Positions 1 through 8,534 of a DNA stretch of 24,169 nucleotides are shown in pieces. The notes beneath the pieces were generated by a model. It was not told the origin of the DNA and searched no databases. It was given only the letters and a program-made list of their open reading frames with translations. The stretch comes from Candidatus Bruticola sp. GTDB lineage: Bacteria > Vulcanimicrobiota > Xenobia > Xenobiales > Xenobiaceae. The stretch covers positions 10,464 to 34,632 of the forward strand of contig JBJEGD010000032.1 in assembly GCA_051874735.1 (NCBI GenBank), read 5' to 3'. The position numbers were made by a program, and so were the translations under genes. How positions within the stretch are numbered: position 1 is the first letter of the stretch; each line of letters begins with the position of its first letter.

Positions 1-115
1 CGACCGAAGCCCGACCATTAGCAACGCCAGGAGCAGACGGCATATTAGGCGCAGGAGCACCGACCGAAGCCCGACCATTAGCAACGCCAGGAGCAGACGG
101 CATATTAGGCGCAGG
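1..115. repeat. 60-bp tandem repeat (at least ~2 units, truncated by the window edge)
   Basis: Bases 1-55 are identical to 61-115. Encodes [20 protein letters not shown] on the minus strand. Confidence 0.95.
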
Positions 116-985
116 CGGCCCCTCATGAGGAAGTTTCCCCAAGATAGTCTCCTGCTCGGCCATATGAGACAAAGGTGAAGAGGAGGCTGCTTCACGCGAA
201 TGTCCTCCCCTTGGCGAAGCAACAGAATTAGCAGCAGAACGAGGAGCGCTGCCGATCAAACTGTCAGCTACTGCTGCCGCCTGCGCTGCACCTTGCAAAG
301 CAGAATTAGGAGAAACTAAATCTTGACCGAATTTGGGACCAGCTTGCTTAAAGCTCAAATCAAGCGGGCCTTGACCTGCCACCGCTCGCGGGCGAGGCTG
401 ATACGGCAGACCGTAACCAGGAGCAGGTTGACCGTAACCAGCAGCGGGCGGACCGTAACTAGCAGGAGGCGGACCGTAACCGGCGGCAGGTTGACCGTAA
501 CCGGCAGGAGGCGGACCGTAACCGGCAGCAGGCTGACCGTAACTAGGCGCAGGCTGACCATAACCAGCGGCAGGTTGACCGTAACCAGGCGCAGGCGGAC
601 CGTAACCGGCAGCAGGTTGACCGTAACCGGCAGCAGGCTGACCGTAACCGGCAGCAGGCTGACCGTAACCAGCGGAGGGCTGACCGTAACCGGCAGCAGG
701 CTGACCGTAACCGGGCGCAGGTTGACCGTAACCAGCGGAGGGTTGACCGTAACCGGGCGCAGGTTGACCGTAACCGGGCGCAGGTTGACCGTAACCGGGC
801 GCAGGTTGACCGTAACCAGCGGAGGGTTGACCGTAACCGGGCGCAAGCTGACTACTATCAGCAGGCATAAATTGAGTTTTATTGGGATCGAAACCTATAG
901 GAATTTGTTCGCTGTAATCAGTTCTGGCGCGTTCTCTGCCGTTATGGTCGCCGTAAGGCGGATAATTGCTCTGCTCTCTACTCAC
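1..985 (-). CDS. Partial (runs off the left edge) low-complexity Pro/Gly/Ala/Tyr-rich repeat protein, function unknown
   Basis: Hand translation: GTG at 985-983, directly after an in-frame TAG and with GAGGCAGG upstream. Reads [45 protein letters not shown]-(QPxxGYG)x21[22 protein letters not shown]...[20 protein letters not shown] with no stop to position 2. Not in the ORF track because its stop is outside the window. Confidence 0.85.
   Translation of the reverse strand, partial: MSREQSNYPPYGDHNGRERARTDYSEQIPIGFDPNKTQFMPADSSQLAPGYGQPSAGYGQPAPGYGQPAPGYGQPAPGYGQPSAGYGQPAPGYGQPAAGYGQPSAGYGQPAAGYGQPAAGYGQPAAGYGPPAPGYGQPAAGYGQPAPSYGQPAAGYGPPPAGYGQPAAGYGPPPASYGPPAAGYGQPAPGYGLPYQPRPRAVAGQGPLDLSFKQAGPKFGQDLVSPNSALQGAAQAAAVADSLIGSAPRSAANSVASPRGGHSREAASSSPLSHMAEQETILGKLPHEGPPAPNMPSAPGVANGRASVGAPAPNMPSAPGVANGRASV
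409..849. repeat. 21 x 21-bp coding tandem repeat
   Basis: GACCGTAAC (one copy GACCATAAC) recurs every 21 bp from 409 to 829. The minus-strand frame gives heptads [28 protein letters not shown] etc. Confidence 0.97.
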
Positions 986-1074
986 CTATTTTCGCCTGCC
1001 TCAAAAGCCGCAGCTGATTTAGCTGTATCTACTATCATGTTATCAGCCGAATTATACAATAAAAAAAACTTTAC

Positions 1075-2031
1075 CTATTTGGTATTAGAACGCAAAATTC
1101 TTTTAAGCAACTGTGCATTAACATCATCTGTTTTTTGACTGTTCTCTTGCAGTTTGCCGCTCCATCGATACAAACGACTGAGCGCATCCTGACTATTATC
1201 ACCACACAATAAATAAACGGACTCAGCGAAGCGATAAAAACTGTTTAATTCCTGAGTATAGGCCTCTTGTAATTCAGAAGCGATTGCAGGAGCCTCTTGC
1301 CGACGGCACTCTTTCCCCAAAGCTTTAATTTGAGACAGGGCAAACGACCGACGGCACGCCTTACCTTGGGCAAGCTCTTTGAGCACAACCATCAGTTTTT
1401 CCGCGCAGTTAAGCTCTTCAATCTGCCAATTTAGCATCTTGGCTTGATATTGGTAGTACTCTAGCAAAGCTGGCGCGGGAGCAGTCCTTTTGGGTGTGCC
1501 CAACTTAGTAGGCTCCTGCCACTTGAAAGACCGAGAATTTTTCAAAAATAAATTTATCGAGTTCAAGCGGGCACGGAAATAACGATTTTGCGAGCGGTAA
1601 ACGCTTTCCTCATTAGACTGCAGTTTTAGCATATCGGCTCGTTCAATGTCGCTCTTATTCATTAAATTGGCAGCCGCTTTTATTTGCTTAAGCTGAGCAC
1701 GCAACAGATCGACGCCGCACGACTTAAGATTCTGATCGGAGGAGAATTCCATTTTGACGCCACTAGTAAAATTGGCAACAGCCTGATCCCTGAGAGAATT
1801 GAGCTTTTGAGCGGCGTCCTTCTGGCTCAGTCGACCCTGAGAAAATTCCTTAACCATAATTCCGCTTTGAGTCATATAGGTTCGCTGTTTACTAAGCAAA
1901 GAAAGCAATTCTAAATCGGAATTAGACCAAGCTTGCCACCCCTGAGCTGAAGGCAGAGAGTAAACGGCGCTGCCCAAATATAGAAAACTGAGCAGTAGCC
2001 CTATAGTTAAATAAAGAGTCTTTCTTAACAT
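1075..2031 (-). CDS. Hypothetical exported, probably helical protein (318 aa)
   Basis: Long ORF with AAGGAG upstream. N-terminus MLRK plus a hydrophobic stretch ending AVYS suggests a signal peptide. No recognisable motif. Confidence 0.75.
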   Translation of the reverse strand: MLRKTLYLTIGLLLSFLYLGSAVYSLPSAQGWQAWSNSDLELLSLLSKQRTYMTQSGIMVKEFSQGRLSQKDAAQKLNSLRDQAVANFTSGVKMEFSSDQNLKSCGVDLLRAQLKQIKAAANLMNKSDIERADMLKLQSNEESVYRSQNRYFRARLNSINLFLKNSRSFKWQEPTKLGTPKRTAPAPALLEYYQYQAKMLNWQIEELNCAEKLMVVLKELAQGKACRRSFALSQIKALGKECRRQEAPAIASELQEAYTQELNSFYRFAESVYLLCGDNSQDALSRLYRWSGKLQENSQKTDDVNAQLLKRILRSNTK

Positions 2032-2269
2032 GTGCGCTGCTAACGCTCCTTACATGTATTTAAACTTCGCTTTGTTTTAATTAACAAGTATCAAGTTAAT
2101 ACAAATCAATATGATGGGGGCCCCTCTTAGGATAAGCCTCAGACCTGTCATAAGAACTTACCCGATATTTCCCCCTAAACGAAGCTAACTAGTTTTATAG
2201 CGGAACCAATAAACAAACTCAGAAGACAGCCTGCGCTGAGATTTAACCATTCACTTCAGCTGCGCCTAT

Positions 2270-2322
2270 AAAAACGACCGGAAGAGGCCTTCCACAATTC
2301 TAGACAGACCCCGTCCGGCCGC
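2270..2322 (-). terminator. Probable intrinsic terminator downstream of pheT
   Basis: Minus strand GCGGCCGGA...TCCGGTCGT outer stem with inner GGGGTCT/AGGCCTC pairing, followed by a T run, ~60 bp after the pheT stop. Confidence 0.55.
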
Positions 2323-2380
2323 CAACTTCCGTTAGTTCTTACCTGTAAGATAAGCAAACAGCAGGCGCTGAATACAGAAA

Positions 2381-4747
2381 CTATTCACGAATTACAGCTT
2401 TAAACTCACGCTCGGCCAGCTTCTGCATTTTAGTCATAAGCTTAGAAATATCTTCATCGGTGAGAGTTTTCTCCATCGACTGTATAGTAAAGCGGAAAGC
2501 CATACTCTTAAAGCCAACTTCTATCGGAGCTCCCGTGTAAACGTCGAAGCATTCTACTTTGGAGACCAAAGATCCGCCGATTTGCTTGAAACGGGCGCAG
2601 ACTTCACCAGCAGTTACGCTGTCGGCCATCACTAAAGCCAAATCGCGCTCTACTGCAGGATAACGAGAAGCTTTCACATACTGAGGCATCTTCTTAGCTG
2701 CCTCCATAGCCTCAATATCGAGCTCTGCCCAAATAAGGGGCTGATCAAGATCCAGTTCTTTAGCTAAAACTGGATGGACAGCTCCCAACCAACCGATCTG
2801 CTTTTTATCTAAATAGACGGCCGCACAGCAGCCAGAATGAGCCCAAGGCAACTCTGCACTCTTATAGCTGAATTCCAAGCCAACAGAAGCGGCTAAAGAT
2901 TCTACTATACCTTTCATATTGAAGAAATCAGCCCCGGCAAAACTCAAGGCTAAACCCAAACGCAAAGGTTCTCTGACTCCATCGCCCTCTTTTTCGTAGA
3001 CATGACTGATTTCAAAAAGACGCAGATCAGTATTGCGCAGGCGCAGATTGCGCAGCACCACATTGGTCATAAAGGGGAAGAGATGCGTACGCAAAATGCG
3101 CTGATCTTCACTGAGAGGATTCATAATCTGCGGAGCATCATCTTCTATACGATACTTCTTCATCATGTCCAAACTGTACAGAGAAGGAGTAATGATTTCG
3201 CTTAAGCCCAAGCGCACGACCATATCGCGGAAGAATTCTTCAGCGGCGTCATTGTGGAAAACTACGCTACCCTGACTAACTTCAGGAACGGTATTCGGCA
3301 AATTATCGTAGCCAGCATGGCGAGCTACTTCTTCTACTAAATCGATTTCTTCCGGAATATCGATACGGAAAGCAGGCACGGTCACCTGCAGCAGCCCATT
3401 ACCTTTATCAGTTACCCCAAACTCCAAAGCGGTTAAAATAGATTTGACCTTCTCCGCGGCCAACTCCACGCCCAAAACGCGCTTAATATAACTCAAGCGC
3501 AAATTAATAACTTTATTGGGGACAGCTTCGATGCTTTTGACCACAATGCGAGGCTGAACGGTGCCGGCCAACTCGCCTAAAAGATAGGCCGCCCGCTGAG
3601 CACCAAAAATAACGCGTTCGATATCGATACCTTTTTCAAAACGCTTAGAGGCTTCGGTGCGCAATCCTAAACGAAGTGAGGTGCGGCGCACATCGCCATT
3701 ATCGAAAGCGGCCGATTCTAAAAGCAGTGAAGAGGTGTCCTCTTCTACTTCGGTATTTAAACCGCCCATAACGCCGGCAATACCGATGCCCTTTTCAGCG
3801 TCGGCAATTACAATAGCAGTAGAGGGAAGTTTCTGCTCAGCGCCGTCTAAAGTAGTAAGCACCTCACCAGCTTCAGCGCGGCGCACTACAATGCGCTCTC
3901 CGGCCAAATGGCGACGGTCGTAAGCATGAAGAGGTTGGCCAGTCTCCAACATAACGTAGTTGGTAATATCAACGACATTATTAATAGGACGCATGCCAGC
4001 CAGCTCCAGACGGTGAGCCATCCACACAGGCGAAGGAGCGATTTTAACCTGATCTACCAGGCGGGCCATAAAGCGGGGGCAAGCCTGATAATCTTTAATA
4101 GTAACTAAATCTGCGCCCTCAACGTTGATATATTCATTTTTGAAGTCGTCCATTATGGTCGGCAAACGCAACGGACGGCCCAACTTAGCCGCTAACTCAC
4201 GGGCCACACCTAAAATACTGAGCTGATCAGCGCGGTTAGCAAAAGACTCGACTATAAGCACAGCTTCAATAATGGGTACCGCCTGCTGAATAGGTAAACC
4301 TACAGCCGTATTTTCGTCAAGATCGAGAATGCCGTCTACACGCTTATCTTCGGGCAAGAACTCAATATTTAAGCCTACCTCGTCTGCCCCACAGAACATA
4401 CCCTCGGAAACGGCTCCACGCAGCTTGCCTTTCTTTATTTTTGTACCGTCGGCCAACACGGCGCCGTGCAGAGCTACAGCGCTGATCATACCTTCACGGA
4501 CATTAGGAGCCGCTGTAACAATCTGCAATTGACCATGTCCGATATCGGCCGTGCAGATGCGCAGACGCTCGGCATCAGGATGCGGCTTTACTTCAACAAT
4601 ACGACAGGTTACTACGTTGCTAACTTGAGCGCCTTCGTACTCTATATTTTCTACTGGAACGCCTACCGACTGTAAAATTTCAGCTACCTCTTCGGCAGAT
4701 TCATGTAATTCAACGTAATCTTTCAACCAACAAAAAGGAACTCTCAT
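2381..4747 (-). CDS. pheT: Phenylalanine--tRNA ligase beta subunit
   Basis: MRVPFCWLKDYV start, HPDAERL, SEGMFC, NRADQLSILGVARE, RPINNVVDITNYVMLETGQPLHAYD, EASKRFEKG, DLVEEVAR, C-terminal SRYPAVERDLA anticodon-binding domain. Start moved to ATG 4747 (GGAAGAGG upstream) from the track's 4786. Confidence 0.98.
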   Translation of the reverse strand: MRVPFCWLKDYVELHESAEEVAEILQSVGVPVENIEYEGAQVSNVVTCRIVEVKPHPDAERLRICTADIGHGQLQIVTAAPNVREGMISAVALHGAVLADGTKIKKGKLRGAVSEGMFCGADEVGLNIEFLPEDKRVDGILDLDENTAVGLPIQQAVPIIEAVLIVESFANRADQLSILGVARELAAKLGRPLRLPTIMDDFKNEYINVEGADLVTIKDYQACPRFMARLVDQVKIAPSPVWMAHRLELAGMRPINNVVDITNYVMLETGQPLHAYDRRHLAGERIVVRRAEAGEVLTTLDGAEQKLPSTAIVIADAEKGIGIAGVMGGLNTEVEEDTSSLLLESAAFDNGDVRRTSLRLGLRTEASKRFEKGIDIERVIFGAQRAAYLLGELAGTVQPRIVVKSIEAVPNKVINLRLSYIKRVLGVELAAEKVKSILTALEFGVTDKGNGLLQVTVPAFRIDIPEEIDLVEEVARHAGYDNLPNTVPEVSQGSVVFHNDAAEEFFRDMVVRLGLSEIITPSLYSLDMMKKYRIEDDAPQIMNPLSEDQRILRTHLFPFMTNVVLRNLRLRNTDLRLFEISHVYEKEGDGVREPLRLGLALSFAGADFFNMKGIVESLAASVGLEFSYKSAELPWAHSGCCAAVYLDKKQIGWLGAVHPVLAKELDLDQPLIWAELDIEAMEAAKKMPQYVKASRYPAVERDLALVMADSVTAGEVCARFKQIGGSLVSKVECFDVYTGAPIEVGFKSMAFRFTIQSMEKTLTDEDISKLMTKMQKLAEREFKAVIRE

Positions 4748-4798
4748 TTTTTTCCTCTTCCAAACCTCTCCCCCCGCTGCCTGCAAAATAGAAGCCGA

Positions 4799-5827
4799 CT
4801 AGAATTGGCGCAGGAAGCGCAAGTCGTCCTCGTAGAACTGGCGGATATCGTCTATAGCGCAACTGAGCATAGCGATGCGCTCAACTCCCATACCGAAAGC
4901 AAAACCGGTATAACGCTCCGGATCGTAGCCTACGCCTTTGAGCACACGAGGATGAACCATACCTGCGCCCATAATTTCGATCCAACCGCTGTTTTTACAG
5001 ACGCGGCAGCCTTTTCCGTCGCAGACAAAACAATCGACCATAACTTCTGCAGAAGGCTCAGTAAAGGGGAAATAAGAAGGATTGAAGCGAGCGCGGCGGC
5101 GAGAACCGAACATACCCTTGGCAAATAACTCCAAGGTACCCTTCAAATCGGAAAAAGTAACTTTTTCATCGACCAGCAAACCTTCAACTTGATGGAACTC
5201 CCAAAAATGAGTAGCGTCCACCGCGTCGCGGCGATAGCACTTACCCGGACAGATTACCCGCACCGGAGGTTCCTGCTTTTCCATAACCCTAACCTGATTG
5301 GGGGAAGTATGACTGCGCATCAGCAACCCTTCGCGCAGGAAAAACGAATCCCACATTTCGCGGCTAGGATGATTCGCTGGAATGTTCAAAGCTTCGAAAT
5401 TGTAATAGTCGGTTTCCACTTCAGGGCCGGACATAACGCTGTAGCCTAAGCCTTTGAAAATATCTTTAATGCGGCGCAAAGTTTGGCTGAGCAAATGAAC
5501 GCGTCCAGGCTCGGCCCAGCGGCCGGGCAGAGTGACGTCGAGGCGTTCAGAATTTAATTTTTTCTTAATTTCTTCCTGATAAAGACTCTCGCGACGCTGC
5601 GCAAAAAACTGCTCAATAGCAGCCTTTACTTCGTTAGCTGCCCGGCCGAATTCAGGGCGCTCTTCAGCAGGCACATCTTTAACACCGCGCAAAATAGCGG
5701 TAAGCTCACCGCCCTTACGGCCAAATATTTTGGTCCAAAGTTCATCAACAGCTTGCTGAGTAGAAGCTTCGGCAATCTTCTGTTCAGCTGACACTTTAAG
5801 CTGAGTTAACTGTTCAAGAGTAGACAT
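4799..5827 (-). CDS. pheS: Phenylalanine--tRNA ligase alpha subunit
   Basis: DVTLPG, YNFEALNIPANHPSR, RSHTSPNQVR, YRRDAVDATH, FHQVEGL, SYFPFTEPSAE, GFAFGMGVERIAML. Lies directly upstream of pheT. Confidence 0.99.
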   Translation of the reverse strand: MSTLEQLTQLKVSAEQKIAEASTQQAVDELWTKIFGRKGGELTAILRGVKDVPAEERPEFGRAANEVKAAIEQFFAQRRESLYQEEIKKKLNSERLDVTLPGRWAEPGRVHLLSQTLRRIKDIFKGLGYSVMSGPEVETDYYNFEALNIPANHPSREMWDSFFLREGLLMRSHTSPNQVRVMEKQEPPVRVICPGKCYRRDAVDATHFWEFHQVEGLLVDEKVTFSDLKGTLELFAKGMFGSRRRARFNPSYFPFTEPSAEVMVDCFVCDGKGCRVCKNSGWIEIMGAGMVHPRVLKGVGYDPERYTGFAFGMGVERIAMLSCAIDDIRQFYEDDLRFLRQF

Positions 5828-6281
5828 AAAAAAACTCCAATACCAACTAACACTTTTTTAGCAACTGCATTTGTATCCATAAACAATGGAGATCTAAACC
5901 GGTACAACCAAGAGGCGCCTACTCTGAGCGGCAAAACCGAAGAAGAGAGCCTTGACGCTATCCAGCCGAATTTTTTCGCTGCTGGCAATCGGATTGTCCG
6001 GAAGAATTCCCCCGCCGCAGAACTGCAGATCAGCAAATCCACCGCCCAATTTTACGCCGCTGTAGTTAAAAATTCCTGGCTTAAGCGATTTACCTTAGCG
6101 GAATAGACCGTTCATGTTCATCTGTAATTTTTTAAGTTGTTTATCATTTAAATATTTAGATCTAACATTGTAAATATCTACCCTATATGCAAAGTAATAT
6201 TATATGCAGAAAGGGAACACATAGTCCCGTATTGAACGGGGAAAGCCGTTCATACACCGAGCTATATTAAGGAGAGTTTTT

Positions 6282-6899
6282 ATGCGCGACCACTACTTAG
6301 TTTTAGGCGTCAGCCCTAGCGCCAATTCTGATATGATAAAGAGCGCCTACCGAAAGCTCTCAAAAACATATCACCCCGACGTTTACAAAGGCGATCCTAA
6401 AGAAGCTCAGGACATGATGAGCGCTATAACTAGAGCCTACGAAGTGCTGTCCAACCTTGAACAGCGGCGCGAATATGATAATGCAGGCATATTCCGCATG
6501 CGCGTACCCAAAGGCTTCAACAATACAGCTGTCGATATAGAATCCATGGTTATGCGTTCGTCCGACCTTAATAAAAAAAATAAAAAGCCAGGACTCTGGG
6601 ATAAAATAAAAGCGCTCTTCGGCCACAAACCAGAAGTCAAACACGACAGTGCTAGAGCTCGGGGCATACTTTCAGTAGTTATGGGTATGGCCAATCAGCC
6701 AGAACTGCGCGACGAATGCTGCCTGCAGCTGCAAAAAGCTGTAGAGGCCGACCCTTCAATAATGGAGATTCAGTACGACTTAGCCATTATGTGCTATAAA
6801 CTTGGACGCTTCGACGAAGCAAAACAAGCTTTAAATACCTGCCTTAAATTGAAACCTGACGACAAGCACACTCAGCGCTTTCTGGCTATTTTGCAGTAA
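6282..6899 (+). CDS. J-domain (DnaJ class C) protein with C-terminal TPR repeat
   Basis: DHYLVLGV...IKSAYRKLSKTYHPD...AYEVLS...RREYD is a J-domain with HPD. C-terminal YDLAIMCYKLGRFDEAKQALNTCLKLKPDD is a TPR. AAGGAGAG RBS. No Zn-finger or G/F region, so not canonical DnaJ. Confidence 0.9.
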   Translation: MRDHYLVLGVSPSANSDMIKSAYRKLSKTYHPDVYKGDPKEAQDMMSAITRAYEVLSNLEQRREYDNAGIFRMRVPKGFNNTAVDIESMVMRSSDLNKKNKKPGLWDKIKALFGHKPEVKHDSARARGILSVVMGMANQPELRDECCLQLQKAVEADPSIMEIQYDLAIMCYKLGRFDEAKQALNTCLKLKPDDKHTQRFLAILQ

Positions 6900-7007
6900 A
6901 AAACGACTGATGGGCTAAGCCCGGTCCCAACTCGGAAAGAAATTGTTTCACCCTTACGTATCTATACAGCTATTACTTAAACCGATCTGGCTTCCAGACC
7001 ACAATTT

Positions 7008-8501
7008 ATGATACATTCTGCTACCACTATAAGCTTAACGCGCTCTATGCAGCTTAAGAGCTTTAAACTGAGTAGTTTAGCCCAGCGGAACGGCTATATT
7101 CATCCTCATAAGGGCGTCGGTTGGCTAGTTAATACTGAACTTGGTTCTTGGAAAGCTGCTGACTGTGCGGAAGTGCTGCTGTTTCGCTGTCTGCGCGAGC
7201 CTCTGAGCTTTGCCAAACTTACCGAAAGATATCGCCATACGACAGCGGATCAACTCAAAAATAGGCTGCTGAACTGGTACAATCTAGGATTTATCAACTT
7301 AAACGGACGTATGTGCCTAGACGCCGTTAATCGCCCCAATCCGAACCGTTTAGGTGCTCGTTTTCTCGCTTTGCATATGACTAACCGGTGTAGTCTGCGC
7401 TGCACTTACTGTTACAATTCCTCAGACAGCCAGTCTTCCGATCTCAAGATCAATCAAACCTTAAACCCTTCTTTAGCTTGTAACTTCATTGAGAAAGCCT
7501 GCCGTTATTTCGACTCTCCCGTATTTCAAGTGGGTTTTATAGGCGGAGAACCTCTGTTAGCCTTCAACGAAATAAAGGAAATCGTCGAAAAAGCTTTGCC
7601 TATAGCTCACCATTTCCACAAAGAACTCCATTTTTCACTGCAAACCAACGGACTTCATTTTAACGAACCGGTGCTCGATTTTCTGCGCGATTACCGAGTA
7701 GGTACGGGAATTTCGATCGACGGCCCCGCTCATTGGCACAACAAGTGCCGACTCAGTCCCAACGGTCAAACGGTACACAGTTTAGTCGAAAAAAATTTTC
7801 TCTGGGCCCGCCGCCACGGAGTAGAAGTGGCTCCTTTGGCTGTTATCAGTGCCCCGGAACAAATTTCTGAAGCTCTAAACTATTTCGTCCATCAGCTGCA
7901 AACTTTTAATATAAGCTTCAATTTCTGCTGTCCTATAGGTAGAGGCAGAGAATCTTTTGTTATAAATAACGATTATCTAAACGGTCTACACCGCGCTTAT
8001 ATTGACGGCGTATTAGAAGCCGATCGACTATCCGAAGAATGCGGCCACGCCGTCACAGTATCCGATTTTCAAAATCGTCTGTACGGATTAGTCAATTTCC
8101 GCCACGAACATATGTGTCTGCGCTCGCCGTGCGGCTTGGGGACCAGTATTTTAGCTCTAGATAGTCGCGGCTTAGTTTATGCTTGTGAAGAGTATGAAAC
8201 AGCGACTCAGGAGAAAATGTGTTTAGGCTCTTTAGACAGTATAGGCAACTTTGCCGATCTGCCTACTTCAAATAGTCAGCTGCGCTATCTCCGCCGCCGC
8301 ACCGTGCAAAATATTCCCAACTGCCAGCGCTGCTGGTTGCGAGCCCAATGCGGCGGCGGATGTACCCATCGGGCCCTGGCCCAAACGGGACAAATTTTAG
8401 GTCTGGATCCCCTCTGCGCCTTTTATAAAAAGGTATACCCCGATTTAATGTGGATTTTAGCCTTTAAGCAGAAGCTGAGCTCCACTCCCGACCGACAGTA
8501 G
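7008..8501 (+). CDS. Radical SAM/SPASM maturase 1 with RRE-like N-terminal extension
   Basis: CSLRCTYC, FIGGEPLL, QTNG, GISIDG. SPASM region MCLRSPCG...YACEE...CQRCWLRAQCGGGC...DPLC. Start may be ATG 7047. Confidence 0.9.
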   Translation: MIHSATTISLTRSMQLKSFKLSSLAQRNGYIHPHKGVGWLVNTELGSWKAADCAEVLLFRCLREPLSFAKLTERYRHTTADQLKNRLLNWYNLGFINLNGRMCLDAVNRPNPNRLGARFLALHMTNRCSLRCTYCYNSSDSQSSDLKINQTLNPSLACNFIEKACRYFDSPVFQVGFIGGEPLLAFNEIKEIVEKALPIAHHFHKELHFSLQTNGLHFNEPVLDFLRDYRVGTGISIDGPAHWHNKCRLSPNGQTVHSLVEKNFLWARRHGVEVAPLAVISAPEQISEALNYFVHQLQTFNISFNFCCPIGRGRESFVINNDYLNGLHRAYIDGVLEADRLSEECGHAVTVSDFQNRLYGLVNFRHEHMCLRSPCGLGTSILALDSRGLVYACEEYETATQEKMCLGSLDSIGNFADLPTSNSQLRYLRRRTVQNIPNCQRCWLRAQCGGGCTHRALAQTGQILGLDPLCAFYKKVYPDLMWILAFKQKLSSTPDRQ

Positions 8502-8534
8502 AGTTCAGCGGATTAAATAAGAAAGCGTTCCATT

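Noticed and set aside
409-849. CRISPR array or iteron cluster
   Set aside because: The period is 21 bp with no unique spacers, the variable parts recur, no cas or rep gene is present, and the variation respects a protein reading frame.
409-849. Tyr heptads as a multi-core substrate of the SPASM pair
   Set aside because: More than 6 kb away, on the opposite strand, separated by pheST, with no leader or protease sites. Pure speculation.
323-1138. ORF-track proteins 323..1138(+) and 355..846(-)
   Set aside because: Shadow frames kept open by the 21-bp repeat. The frame starting at 985(-) has a start context, synonymous-site variation and stays open beyond the repeat.
5896-5915. T-box antiterminator upstream of pheS (minus strand GGTTGTACCGG)
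   Set aside because: Lacks the invariant UGGN bulge of GGTGGNACCGCG. No stem I/specifier loop or following terminator is evident.
5806-6042. pheM-like leader peptide
   Set aside because: 78 aa with scattered Phe, overlaps the pheS start out of frame, and has no attenuator hairpin plus U tract.
6187-6270. 27-aa ORF MQSNIICRKGTHSPVLNGESRSYTELY upstream of the J-domain gene as precursor
   Set aside because: No RBS, starts inside the AT-rich promoter region, and has no HxS or Cys-rich pattern.
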